Positions 19,950 to 31,043 of a DNA stretch of 64,000 bases are shown here, one piece after another. The notes under the pieces are model-generated. The model worked only from the letters and a program-made list of their open reading frames with translations. It did not search any database and was not told the origin of the DNA. Each line of letters starts with the position of its first letter. The first letter of the stretch is position 1. Source of the stretch: an uncultured delta proteobacterium (lineage in GTDB: Bacteria > Desulfobacterota > Binatia > UBA9968); NCBI GenBank assembly GCA_963847445.1, contig CAWJZV010000027.1, positions 108,518 to 172,517 on the forward strand. The letters are read 5' to 3'. The position numbers and the translations under genes are program-made.

Positions 19950-21293
19950 ATGTCTAATCAACATTTGGTTGCGGTGGTCGGTGCGGGGCCCGCGGGGCTT
20001 TACGGCGCGCGCAAATTGACCGAAGCGGGCCATCGGGTGGTCTTGATCAATCGCGACATCAAGCCGGGCGGGCTGGCGGAGTACGGCATCTTTGTCGACA
20101 AGGAAAAGATGAAGACCGGCCTGCGCAAACAGTTCAAAAGAATTCTCGCCGACCCAAAAGTATTTTATCTGGGCCATGTGATGGTGGGGCAGAATCAGCC
20201 GTTGTCGCTCACGGATCTCCAGGACATGGGCTTCGGCGCGGTGGTGGTGACCGCGGGAGCGCAGGGGACCAAGAAACTGGGCATCGAGGGCGAAGAGGCC
20301 GTCGGCGTTTATCATGCCAAGGACGTCGTCTATCACTTCAATTCGTTGCCGCCCTTCGCCGAGCGCCAGTTCGAAATCGGCCGTCGCGTCGCGATCATCG
20401 GCATGGGCAACGTCATGGTCGATATCGCCAACTGGCTGCTCAATCTGAAAAAGATCGATCAAGTGGTCGTGGTCGCGCGCCGCGGGCCGCTGGAAAAAGC
20501 CTATGACGATAGCGAGTTCGAGTATATCGACATGTACCTCGATAACGCCGACATGAAGCAGGAGATCGAGCGCATCAGCGGGTCGTTGACCGCCGTCGGC
20601 CAAGATGTCGCTGCGATCACGCAAAAAATGGTGCGTCAGGGCGAGCCCTTGGAAGGGCGCCGGCTGACTTTCCGCTATCTCTGCTCACCGAACAAAGTAG
20701 TCGCCAACGCCCAAGGCCGGGTCGCGTTCCTCGAAGCGGAAGAAAACGAGATGGTTCTGCAGGACGGCAAAACTGTCGCCAAGGGCACCGGCAAGACCCG
20801 CCGCATCGAAGTCGATTGCGTGATATACGCCATCGGCGATCAAGTCGATGCCGCACTCGGTCTGCCGTTTTCACGCGGCGCTTTTGTGACCAATCCTGAG
20901 AAACTTCCTGGCGATCCTAATCCGGCCGCTTATCAACCCTACGATCCGGACCAGAAGAAGGCGCTCGACGGTATCTTCGTTGCCGGTTGGTCGCGTAACG
21001 CCAGCGTCGGCCTAGTCGGCGTCGCCAAACAAGACGCCGAGCGCGGCATGAAGGTGGTCAACGATTATCTCGCCGGCAAACCCGGTCTTTCAGCTGGCGA
21101 CATGGAAGCAAAAATCGAGGGCTTGATCGACACCTTGAAGCAAAAGGGCGTGACGGTGGTGACCAAACCGGACGTCGAGCTGCTAGAGGGCGCCGAGCAG
21201 GAAGCCGCCAAGGCGCGCAAGACCTGGGACTTTAAATATACCAGCGATGAGAAAATGCTCGAGGTGATCGCGGCGCGACGGGCGGGAAAGTAG
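19950..21293 (+). CDS. Ferredoxin-NADP+ reductase, adrenodoxin reductase/FprA type
   Basis: VVGAGPAG, GGLAEYG, IIGMGNVMVDI, RRGP and AGWSR.ASVG motifs. Confidence 0.85.
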   Translation: MSNQHLVAVVGAGPAGLYGARKLTEAGHRVVLINRDIKPGGLAEYGIFVDKEKMKTGLRKQFKRILADPKVFYLGHVMVGQNQPLSLTDLQDMGFGAVVVTAGAQGTKKLGIEGEEAVGVYHAKDVVYHFNSLPPFAERQFEIGRRVAIIGMGNVMVDIANWLLNLKKIDQVVVVARRGPLEKAYDDSEFEYIDMYLDNADMKQEIERISGSLTAVGQDVAAITQKMVRQGEPLEGRRLTFRYLCSPNKVVANAQGRVAFLEAEENEMVLQDGKTVAKGTGKTRRIEVDCVIYAIGDQVDAALGLPFSRGAFVTNPEKLPGDPNPAAYQPYDPDQKKALDGIFVAGWSRNASVGLVGVAKQDAERGMKVVNDYLAGKPGLSAGDMEAKIEGLIDTLKQKGVTVVTKPDVELLEGAEQEAAKARKTWDFKYTSDEKMLEVIAARRAGK

Positions 21294-21324
21294 AAACGGG
21301 ATAGAAATAGAATCGGTTCAACGT

Positions 21325-21362
21325 GGCCGGCTGGGCGATTACGCTTAGCCGGCCTTTTTTTT
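21325..21362 (+). terminator. Rho-independent terminator
   Basis: ggccggctgggcg-atta-cgcttagccggcc followed by T8. Confidence 0.8.
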
Positions 21363-21384
21363 GGCTGCGGTAATGCCATACCGG

Positions 21385-22417
21385 TCCTTGGTCAAACAGT
21401 ATCCCGACTACGTTTGCCGGATCACGTCTGATGAGGGCAGCACGGGAAAAGGTTATCTGAGCAAGTTTCAGGAGCTCGAAACGATCAGCCCCGTGATCGT
21501 TACGACTTCACAATTGCTCACCACCGGCGTCGATATTCCCACCTGCAAGAATATCGTCCTTGCCCGGGTGGTCGGTTCGATGGTGGAATTCAAACAGATC
21601 ATTGGCCGAGGCACGCGGGTGCGCGACGATTACGACAAGTACTATTTCAACATCCTCGACTACACCGGTTCGGCGACGCGGCTGTTCGCCGACCGCGACT
21701 TTGACGGCGAGCCGGCTTTCGTGACCGAGCAAGAGATGAGCGAGACAGGCGAGACCATCCATGAAATGACAACGGAGCAACCGACGGTTGCCGAATCCGA
21801 GGAAGCAAGCGGCCCGACGATCGCGGATGATTCGGAAGGCGTGCGGCGGAAATTTTACTTCGACGGCGGCCATGTGGAGATCGCCGCGCATTTGGTTTAC
21901 GAACTCGATCCCGATGGCCGGCAACTTCGTGTGGTCCGGTTCTCCGAGTACGCGGCGGAAAAGGTCCGTACGCTTTACCCGTCAGCGGCTGATCTGCGTA
22001 GACAGTGGGCCGACCCGATGCTGCGCGCCGAGATTATTACACGATTGGAAGAGCGCGGCATCGACTTCGATCAACTGCGCTCGACCAGCAACCAGCCGGA
22101 AGCCGATCCGTTCGACCTGCTGTGCCATCTCGCTTTCAACGGCCCGTTGCGGACGCGGCGTGAGCGCGCGGACCGGGTAAAGAAGGAAGAAAAGAGTTTC
22201 TTCGACAAATACGCCCCGGAAGCCAAAGGGATACTCAGCGATCTGCTGGAGAAGTATGCGGAGCACGGCACGGCGCAGTTCGTTATTCCCGACGTGCTCA
22301 AAGTTCCGCCGATTTCAGAGCGTGGCAACGTCATCGAGATCGCACAAGCTTTTCGGCGGGCCGGAAAAACTGAGAGATGCGGTGGCTGAGTTGCAGGCGC
22401 TATTGTATGCCGCGTAA
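21385..22417 (+). pseudogene. hsdR: Type I restriction endonuclease subunit R, C-terminal half only (EcoEI_R_C type)
   Basis: LLTTGVDIP, SMVEFKQIIGRGTR, DPFDLLCHLAF, RTRRERA; starts right after a terminator with no nuclease or DEAD domain; frameshift near 22352. Confidence 0.85.
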
Positions 22418-22431
22418 AGTGATTCCTCATT

Positions 22432-22761
22432 ATGAAGATCGCAAGGAAACTAGTCGATGATTTGTTGGCCGAGTTGAAGATCGGACTTGACGGTCTATAT
22501 GGCAGCCGGCTGAAAGGTCTTTATTTATACGGATCTTATGCCCGTGGCGAAGAGGACGGAGAATCCGACTTAGACGTACTTATAATCTTGGAACACTTCG
22601 ATCACTATGCGGCAGAGGTTGATCGAACCGGGGAACTTGCTTCAGATCTATCTATCAAGTACGGGATAACGGTCAGTCTAGTGTTTATTCGTCAGGCCGA
22701 ATGGCTCCACGGTGATACGCCATTCCTATCCAACGTCCGTGAGGACGCTATTTCGTTGTGA
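22432..22761 (+). CDS. Minimal nucleotidyltransferase (MNT) domain protein
   Basis: LYGSYARGE...SDLDVL motif. Confidence 0.88.
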   Translation: MKIARKLVDDLLAELKIGLDGLYGSRLKGLYLYGSYARGEEDGESDLDVLIILEHFDHYAAEVDRTGELASDLSIKYGITVSLVFIRQAEWLHGDTPFLSNVREDAISL

Positions 22762-22844
22762 AAGGCGGAATTGGCGCTGTGCCTCCGGACGTGATATTGC
22801 GAACTCCACCGTGGATCTGAGATCTGAGATTCTGCGTAGCAGAT

Positions 22845-23333
22845 ATGCAATACCGACGCTTTGAAGACCTGCCGGTTTGGCGCGATTCCGTCGAGCTTGC
22901 CCGCTCGATTTACGAATTCGCTGACCTCGATATCTTCCGGCGCCATCCGGGACTTCGCGACCAGTTGGAGCGCGCTGCTCTCTCAGTCTCTAACAACATC
23001 GCCGAAGGTTTTGAACGCGGATCGACTAATGAACTTCTCGCCTTTCTCTATATTGCCCGCGGCTCGGCAGGCGAAGTCCGCTCGATGATGCGGGTGTTGG
23101 AGACGTGGAATATCTTCGGCAATTACAGATCTCAGATTTCAAATTTCACAACTGAGTGTGAAAAGATATCGAGGCAGCTTTACGGATGGATCGAAAGTCT
23201 GAAAAACTCAGACATTCCTGGGCAGCGCCGGTTGGATGAAAAAGCAAAGAACCGCTATGCGAACAAGAAAGAGCGTGAGCAGTTTCTGGAAGAGTTGCGC
23301 CACGTCAGCGCCAAGCCCGAAAAAGATTCTTGA
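22845..23333 (+). CDS. Four-helix-bundle protein (23S rRNA IVP/bAvd-like family)
   Basis: FEDLPVW, LRDQLERAALSVSNNIAEGFER, FL.IARGSAGEVRS. Confidence 0.92.
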   Translation: MQYRRFEDLPVWRDSVELARSIYEFADLDIFRRHPGLRDQLERAALSVSNNIAEGFERGSTNELLAFLYIARGSAGEVRSMMRVLETWNIFGNYRSQISNFTTECEKISRQLYGWIESLKNSDIPGQRRLDEKAKNRYANKKEREQFLEELRHVSAKPEKDS

Positions 23334-23431
23334 TCGCCCGATAATGTGTTCTCTCATCTGAAATTTTTTCGCATCTAATTGCCTTCATATGCAATTTGAG
23401 ATTTGAAATCTGAGATTCCTCTAGGACACTC

Positions 23432-23532
23432 ATGGCACGCACACAAAAGAACGTACAAACTCTGACTACGGCGAGCGGCGTTCCTCTATCGTCAAGTCTT
23501 GCCGCGATATTATGCGCAACGGCTTGAATTGG
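23432..23532 (+). pseudogene. hsdM: 5' stub of type I R-M methyltransferase subunit M
   Basis: Own translation MARTQK..LTTA / SSIVKSCRDIMR.GLN resembles the HsdM N-terminus (IVKS.RDIMRKDKGLNG); frameshifted and truncated. Confidence 0.6.
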
Positions 23533-23681
23533 TACTTGTAAAGAACCTATTGGCTTGCCTGAAAGAACTTAACGACAAAAGGGCAGAGGAGTACAGGGAG
23601 AACTATCGGCTTCACAAAGACTATCAGTGTTTTTCAGCTGCCTAGGTACCAGATCCTTAGATAGCAATTTTACCTTTGTTA

Positions 23682-24422
23682 TCACGTCATAATCCTCCCG
23701 CCATTCACATGCATCGTCTGTCCGGTCATATGTTTTGCTGCGTCGCTCGCTAAATAGGCGACAGCTTCGGCGACATCTTCGACGGCGCCGGGGTGGCCGA
23801 GGGGGATGCGTTCGTTCGATTTTTCCCATTCGGCGTCGGTGTAGTGGCTGCGCACTTTGGCGGTTTCGATGCGGCCGGGGGCGACGGCGTTGACGCGGAC
23901 TCCGGTGGGCGCGAGTTCTAGTGCAAGCGTGCGGGTGAGGCCGAGGATGCCGGCTTTGGCTGCCGCGTAGGCGGAGCGGTTTTCGCCGCCGCTGTAGGCG
24001 ATGTCGGACGAGATGTTGACGATGGCGCCGGACTTTTGATTTTTCATCAGCACCGTGACGGCGCGGCAGCAGAGGAAGGTTGCGGTGAGATTGGCGTCGA
24101 TGATGGCGCGCCAATGGTGCAGCGGGAAGTCTTCAAACTTGTGGCGGAAAAAGCTGCCGCCGGCGACGTTGACCAAGAGATCGACGCGCCCATGCTTGGC
24201 GATGATCGCGTCGAAAATGGTTTTGACGGCGGCTTCATCGGATAGGTTGGCGCAATGGAAATCGAGCATGACATTGCGCTTGGCAAAATCGCCGACTGCC
24301 TGCTTGCCAGCTTCCTGGTTCATGTCCAGGATGACGATTTGATAATTATCTTTGGCGAGCCGCGCGACCACGGCTTGACCGATGTTTCCCGCGCCTCCGG
24401 TGACGACGGCGATTTTGCTCAT
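23682..24422 (-). CDS. Short-chain dehydrogenase/reductase (FabG-like)
   Basis: TGGAGNIG, NVAG, YAAAK and VNAVAPG motifs. Confidence 0.93.
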   Translation of the reverse strand: MSKIAVVTGGAGNIGQAVVARLAKDNYQIVILDMNQEAGKQAVGDFAKRNVMLDFHCANLSDEAAVKTIFDAIIAKHGRVDLLVNVAGGSFFRHKFEDFPLHHWRAIIDANLTATFLCCRAVTVLMKNQKSGAIVNISSDIAYSGGENRSAYAAAKAGILGLTRTLALELAPTGVRVNAVAPGRIETAKVRSHYTDAEWEKSNERIPLGHPGAVEDVAEAVAYLASDAAKHMTGQTMHVNGGRIMT

Positions 24423-24496
24423 GAGAACTCCTTCTCTTTGGTTCTAATTCACCTATCCCATGTGCCGCGTGAGCGTCAATCGGGGGTTGGATGGCT

Positions 24497-24554
24497 GGGT
24501 TACGAGTTTCGTGTTTCGAGTTGAACCGAAACCCCCAACCCGAAACTCGTAACC
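24497..24554. repeat. Heptamer tandem-repeat hairpin
   Basis: gggttacgagtttcgtgtttcgagttg ... caacccgaaactcgtaacc. Confidence 0.65.
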
Positions 24555-24567
24555 GCGCCAAGTCCTC

Positions 24568-24596
24568 TTGCCAAGCAATTGGGGCTCACATAGAAT
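24568..24596 (+). promoter_or_regulatory. sigma70-like promoter of acs
   Basis: TTGCCA-N17-TAGAAT, 50 bp upstream of the ATG. Confidence 0.5.
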
Positions 24597-24645
24597 CCGG
24601 CCAATTTCTCGCCTTGCGAAAAACTTTTCCCGGAGGGAACACACC

Positions 24646-26594
24646 ATGGCAGATAGAGAGCGATCGAAGTTTTACTCGACGAGAAGAGAAATTTTCCGCC
24701 ATCCAAGGAGTTCAAAAAATCCGCCAATCTGAAAAGCGCCGCGGTGTTCAACCAGGCGCGGAAAAATCCCCAGGCTTTCTGGGCAAAGGCCGCCAAAGAG
24801 CTGCACTGGTTCAAGCCTTGGAAGAAAGTTCACGAATGGAAGAGTCCCTGGGCTAAATGGTTCATCGGCGGCAAGCTCAACGCGTCCTATAATTGCCTCG
24901 ACCGCCATGTGCTCTCCGGGCGCAAGAACAAAGCGGCGATTATCTGGGAAGGGGAGCCGGGCGACGAGCGGGTGCTGACCTACCGCGACGTTTGGCGCGA
25001 GGTCAACAAGTTCGCCAACGTGCTCAAGAAACTCGGCGTCAAAAAAGGCGACCGGGTTTGTTTGTACATGGGCATGGTGCCGGAGTTGTTGATCGCCATG
25101 CACGCCTGTAACCGCATCGGCGCGCCGCATAGCGTGGTCTTCGGCGGCTTTAGCGCCGAGGCGTTGCGCGACCGGATCAACGACGCCCAGGCGAAAATTC
25201 TCGTCACCGCCGATGGCGGCTACCGCCGCGGCACCATCGTGCAGCTAAAAAAGAACGCCGACGACGCCATGACCGATACGCCGTCGATCAGCCATTGCGT
25301 TGTCGTGCAGCGGGTCGGCACCGAATCGGGCGCGCATATGAAAGATGGCCGCGATCTTTGGTGGCATGAAGCGATGGCCGATGCGCCGCTGTGGTGCGAG
25401 CCGGAGAAGATGGACAGCGAAGACATGCTGTTCATTCTCTACACCAGCGGCACGACCGGTAAACCCAAGGGCATCGTCCACACCACCGGCGGCTATCTCA
25501 CCGGCGTGAACTTGATTAACAAATGGGTCTTCGACATGAAAGACGACGACGTCTTCTGGTGCGCCGCCGATATCGGCTGGGTCACCGGCCATACTCATAT
25601 CGTCTACGGTCCCATGGCCAACGGCGTGACCCAGGTGATGTACGAAGGCACGCCGGATTGGCCCGACAAAGACCGGCTGTGGAAGATCATTGCCAAATAC
25701 GGCGTGACGATCTTTCACACGGCGCCGACGGCGATCCGCACGTTCATGCGTTGGGGCGCGGAATTCCCCGCCAAGCATAATTTGAAATCGCTGCGACTGC
25801 TCGGTTCCGTTGGCGAGCCAATCAATCCGGAAGCGTGGATGTGGTATCACAAAGTTATCGGCGGCAGCCGCTGTCCGGTGATGGATACTTGGTGGCAGAC
25901 CGAGACTGGCCATCCGCTAATCTCGCCGCTGCCCGGCATTACAAAATTAAAGCCCGGTTCGGCGACCATGCCGCTGCCCGGCATCGAAGCCGACGTCGTC
26001 GATGAGAGTGGCAAGTCGGTGCCCAAGGGCGGCGGCGGTTACTTGGTTTTAACTAAACCCTGGCCGGCGATGATGCGGACGATCTTTGGCGATCCCGATC
26101 GCTTCGTGTCGACTTACTGGAGCCGCTTTCCGGGAAAATATTTTGCCGGGGACGGCTGTAAGCGCGACAAGGACGGTTATTTCTGGCTGCTCGGCCGGGT
26201 CGACGACGTGATGAACGTGGCGGGCCATCGCATCAGCACCATGGAAGTCGAGAGCGCGCTGGTCGATCATCAAAAGGTCGCCGAGGCCGCGGTCATCGGC
26301 AAAGCGCATGAGATCAAAGGCCAGGCGATCTGCGCCTTCGTGTCACTGAAAGCTGGTGTGGATGGGAGCAATTCATTGATCGACGAGCTTAAAGCTCACG
26401 TGGCTAAGAAAATTGGACCGATCGCCCGGCCCGACGAAATTCTCTTCGCGGCTGAGTTGCCGAAAACCCGCAGCGGCAAGATCATGCGCCGTTTGCTGCG
26501 CGATATCGCCGATGGACGGGCGATGGGCGACACGACGACGCTGGCCGATCCGACGGTGGTGGCTAAGTTGAAGGAGCAGTACGAAGAAGATTAG
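24646..26594 (+). CDS. acs: Acetyl-CoA synthetase (apparent indel in the first codons)
   Basis: [42 protein letters not shown]; SD ggagg before ATG 24646. Confidence 0.96.
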
Positions 26595-26643
26595 GCAAGA
26601 AACAACAGGCATTAGACAATCGTCAGAGATCGGAAGGATACCC

Positions 26644-27636
26644 ATGGGGCGCAATCGAATACTGCTAATTACTTTTTTATTACTCGTGCCGCAGCTGGTT
26701 ACGGCGCAGACGCGGGAGAAGGTTCGCGTGGCGCTCGGTTCGATATCGGTTAACACCAGCGTCATTCCAGTCGGTCAACAATACGGGCTCTATGCCAAGT
26801 ACGGCGTCGATCTCGAACCGATCTACATGGGCGGCGGGATGAACTCGTTGGCGGCGGTTACTTCGAATTCCGTGCAGTTTCTTTCGGCCGGCTCGACGGC
26901 CACGATCAGCGCGCGGCTGGGCGGGATGGATATCACCATGCTGACCGTGCAGTCGAGCAAGCTCGAGTACAGCATATTCGCCGCGCCGGAAATTAAAACT
27001 CCGCAAGATTTGAAGGGGAAGATCGTCACCGGTACGCGGCCGGGCGCGTCCGCCGACAGCGCCTTGCGTTTGATTTTGCGCAAGTGGGGGTTGGAGCCGG
27101 GCAAGGATGTCATCTTTATTTCCGTAGGAGAAAGCCAACAGGGGCGCATGAATGCGCTGCAGCGCGGCTCGGTTGCGGCGACCGCTCTGACGCCGCCATT
27201 TAGCGGTATGGCAAGGCAGCTCGGTTTCCGGGAACTTATCGACATGCGTAAGACCGATATCGAGTATGCCGGTTCATCCATCGCCGGGATGGTGGGATAC
27301 ATCAAAAGCCACCCGCAGTTGGTCGAGAATTTCCTCAAAGGCTACATCGAGTCGCTGCATTTCTTCCGCACCCAGAAAGAAAAAACCGTCGCGGGCATCA
27401 TGAAGTTTATGAAAATGAACGATCGGGCGCGGGCCGAAGAGGGGTATGAGTATTATCTCGATCTCATGCCGGTGATGCCGTATGCCAACGTCGCCGGTGT
27501 TAAGGCAGTCTTGCAGTTTTTGGTCGCCGGCCAGCCCAAAGCCGCCACGGCCAATCCGGAAGACTTTTACGATCATAGTTTTCTCAAGAAGATCGAAGAC
27601 AGCGGCTTTGCCAAACCGTTCGCGATTAGACGCTGA
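26644..27636 (+). CDS. ABC substrate-binding protein, NMT1/SsuA-like
   Basis: Signal peptide; KYGVDLE, DLKGK, GLEPGKDV, FYD.SFLKKIEDSGF. Confidence 0.85.
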   Translation: MGRNRILLITFLLLVPQLVTAQTREKVRVALGSISVNTSVIPVGQQYGLYAKYGVDLEPIYMGGGMNSLAAVTSNSVQFLSAGSTATISARLGGMDITMLTVQSSKLEYSIFAAPEIKTPQDLKGKIVTGTRPGASADSALRLILRKWGLEPGKDVIFISVGESQQGRMNALQRGSVAATALTPPFSGMARQLGFRELIDMRKTDIEYAGSSIAGMVGYIKSHPQLVENFLKGYIESLHFFRTQKEKTVAGIMKFMKMNDRARAEEGYEYYLDLMPVMPYANVAGVKAVLQFLVAGQPKAATANPEDFYDHSFLKKIEDSGFAKPFAIRR

Positions 27637-27682
27637 TGTTGGCGCGCGGTGAAAGGCAATAGTAACTAGCGAGGCAGAAATC

Positions 27683-28696
27683 ATGGACAAACCATGCTCA
27701 GGGAAAATTGTCGTGGTCGCGCTTTTAGCCATCCTGATGGGTTCGGTTCTTTCGGCGCAGGCCCAGGATAAACCCTTGAAGAAGATCGGCTGGGGCGTAA
27801 CTTCGCTGTCCGCGTCCAATTGGATTCCGTGGATCGCTAAGGACGCGAAGATTTACGAGAAATACGGACTCGATGTCGAGTTGGTTCTCGTTAAAGGTTC
27901 GGGCCAAACTTCGGCGGCGATTCTCGGCGGCAGTCTGTTTGCCGCGCCGGTGGCGGTGCCGCAAGTCATGATGGCCAATCTCGGCGGCGCCGATCTGGTA
28001 AACATCGCTCACACGGTGCCCGGAGTGCAGAGCAAACTGCTGGTCAAGCAGGAAATTAGACGACCCGAGGATATCAAGGGGAAGCGGATCGCGACCTCAA
28101 GTTTAGGTTCTTTAGGCGATTTTCTTTTTAAGTACATCATTCGAAAGAACGGCATGGATCCGATTCGCGACGTTATCTGGCTTTCGATCGGCACGCCGCC
28201 GGAGAGCGGCTGCAGGCGTTGGCATCGGGGCGGGTGGATGCCGCGGATCTGTCCTATCCCACGGACGCGCAGGGCCTACGCATGGGGTATCGGGTTCTCT
28301 GGGATGCGCGCAAAGAGGTCGTCTATCCATCCATGTCGGTGGTGACACGCCGAAAAACCGTTCAAGACGATCGCGACACTGTGATGCGCATGCTTAAGTC
28401 CCACATCGAAGCCATCGCATATTTTAAAACGCACAAAGACTTCAGCATGAAAGTCCTGAGCAAGTATTTACGCACCAACGACCAGGAGCTGCTTGGAAGG
28501 TTCCTACGATATCTTCAGGCAGGATTTCATCTCGGTTCCCTATCCGATCATGAAGGGACTGGAGGCCACTTACGATTACGTCGCGGCGACCCGACCGGAG
28601 ATCCGCGGCCGCAAACCCGAAGAGTTCATGGACCCGAGCTTGGTCGCCGAATTGGACAAGAGCGGTTTCATCAAGAAACTCTACGAGCAGAAGTGA
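27683..28696 (+). CDS. ABC substrate-binding protein, NMT1/SsuA-like (two frameshifts)
   Basis: Three ORF pieces form one paralog ending AELDKSGFIKKLYEQK. Confidence 0.8.
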
Positions 28697-28743
28697 GACA
28701 GACCGCGAGCCTGAAGACGCTCGACGCGAGGAGAATACCGATC

Positions 28744-29752
28744 ATGAAATGGCTAGCGCAGTCGGTCTTCACGAGCTTGGTCGATTTGTCTCGCGGCTTT
28801 CTCTTCACCCAGCTTCGGCCAGGATAAACCACTCAAAAAGATCACCTGGGGACAGACTTCGATTTCGTCATCCCAGTGGATTCCTTGGATCGCCAAGGAC
28901 GCCAAGCTTTATGAAAGAAACGGCCTCGACGTCGACATCGTTTATCTGCGCGGCGGTTCGGGCGATACCTCGAAGGCGATCATCGCCGGAAGTATCTTTG
29001 CCGCGCCGGTGACCACGGCGACTTTGATGACGGCCAATCTCGGCGGCGCGGATCTCACTACCATCGCGCATACGGTCAAGGCGGTGCAGACCAAACTGAT
29101 CGCGCGGCCCGAGCTCAAGCGGCCCGAAGATATTAAAGGCAAACGGCTGGCGATGACCGGATTGGGCTCCCTCGGCGACTTTCTGCATCGCGTCGTGATG
29201 AAAAGGCATGGCATCAATCCCGAGCGCGACGTGACGTGGCTGACCATCGGCGCGCCGCCGGACCGGATTCAAGCGCTCGAAGCGAAACTGGTCGAAGCGG
29301 CGGACCTCTCCTATCCGTTCGACATGCAAGCCGAGAAAAAAGGTTATCGCGTGCTCTGGGACGCGCGCGTCGAAGTGCCGTATCCGTCGATGTCGGTGGT
29401 GACGCGCAAGAAAACGGTTCAAGAAGACCGCGATACCGTGGCGCGGATGATGCGCGCCCATGTCGAAGGCATTCATTTTCTCAAGACCCAGAAGGAATCG
29501 AGCCTGAAGATTCTCGCCAAATATCTCCGCACCGCCGATAAGGAACTGCTCGAGGGCTCCTACGAAATCTACAAAGAAGATTTCCTGGCGACGCCCTATC
29601 CGATCACCCAGGGACTGGCGACGACTTATGAATACGTCGCGCTGCGCCGCCCGGAGATTTACAATCACAAGCCCGAAGAATTTACCGACCCGAGTTTTAT
29701 CGCCGAATTGGACAAAAGCGGTTTTATCAAGAAATTGTACGCATCGAAGTAG
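28744..29752 (+). CDS. ABC substrate-binding protein, NMT1/SsuA-like (indel in signal region)
   Basis: DKPLKKITWG...WIPWIAKDAK upstream in frame with ORF 29009..29752. Confidence 0.8.
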
Positions 29753-29896
29753 CAAAGGCGAAAGGCAATGGCAGGGGCGAATAGGGAGCGCAGGTTTTCC
29801 AACCCGCGAAAATCGAACGCAGGTCTCCCTACATGAGCCCGGCAACGGCCCCGCAGACGAAAATCTAGAATTAGCGAGGGGTGAGGACAACTCCAT

Positions 29897-30900
29897 ATGA
29901 CAAAGTCGGTTAGGCGAATTTCGCTGGTTGGCTTGCTCCTCTATCTATGCGTTCAACGCGCAGGGCCGCGCAAGAGAAGCAACTCAAGAAGATTAACTGG
30001 GGCGTGACCTCGCTGTCGGCGGGCAATTGGATTCCCTGGCTCGCCAAGGAGGCGAAGATTTACGAGAAGCATGGACTCGACGTCCAGCTGGTCTTGCTGC
30101 GCGGCTCGGGGCAGACCTCGGCGGCGCTCCTCGGCGGCAGCATCTTCGCCGCGCCGGTGGTGCTGCCGACGCTCATGCTCGCCGACTTGAGCGGCGCCGA
30201 TCTGATCAACGTCGCCCATACGGTCTCCGCCGTGAACAGCAAGCTGGTGGTCAAGCCGGAAATCAAACGAGTCGAAGACATGCGCGGCAAGCGCATCGCC
30301 AACTCGAGCTTGGGATCGTTGGGCGATTTTCTCTTCAAACATATCCTGCGCAAATACGGCCTCGATCCAATTCGCGAAGTGACCTGGCTTGCCATCGGCA
30401 CGCCGCCGGAACGGTTGCAGGCGTTATTCTCCGGCGTGGTCGATGCCATCGAAGCTTCTTATCCCATCGACGTTCAGGCCGAACGGAAGGGATTCCGCGT
30501 ATTGTTGGACGCGCGCAAGGAGGTCGTCTATCCGTCCATGTCGATAGTGACGCGGCGCAAGAGCATTATCGAGGACCGCGACACCGTGATGCGCATGGTC
30601 AGGGCGCACGTCGAAGGCATCGCTTACTTCAAGCAGAACAAAGAGTTCAGCTTGCGCGTCTTGAGCAAGCAGTTGAAAATCACCGACCGCGACATGTTGG
30701 AGAGTTCGTACGACACCTACACGCAGGATTTTATCGCCGTGCCGTACCCGATTACCAAAGGCCTGGAAGCCACCTACGATTTTGTCGCCCAGTCGCGGCC
30801 CGAGATTCGCAGCCGCAAGCCGGAAGAGTTTGTCGATGCGAGCTTCATCGCCGAGCTGGAGAAGAGCGGGTTTATCAAGAAGCTGTATGAACAGAAGTAG
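29897..30900 (+). CDS. ABC substrate-binding protein, NMT1/SsuA-like
   Basis: Paralog of its neighbours; ATG at about 29897 with an indel in the signal peptide. Confidence 0.82.
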
Positions 30901-31043
30901 GAAAATCGTAGGGGTAAGGCTAAGGGGTAAGGCAACAGAACGAATTTTGGATTTTGGATTGGGGTGACTGGGACGTGACAAAGATATTTATGACTGCAAT
31001 TCGGCGGCTTCGATCCGATAATCGAAAATCGAAAATCCAAAAG
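30901..31043. repeat. Heptamer repeat cluster and hairpin overlapping the next gene start
   Basis: taggggtaaggctaaggggtaaggc; ttttggattttggatt ... aatcgaaaatcgaaaatccaaaa. Confidence 0.65.

Noticed and set aside
22845-23333. Diversity-generating retroelement (Avd-like gene)
   Set aside because: No reverse transcriptase and no TR/VR pair with adenine-specific mismatches was seen; the FGE-domain gene at 45499 has no visible template repeat in the window.
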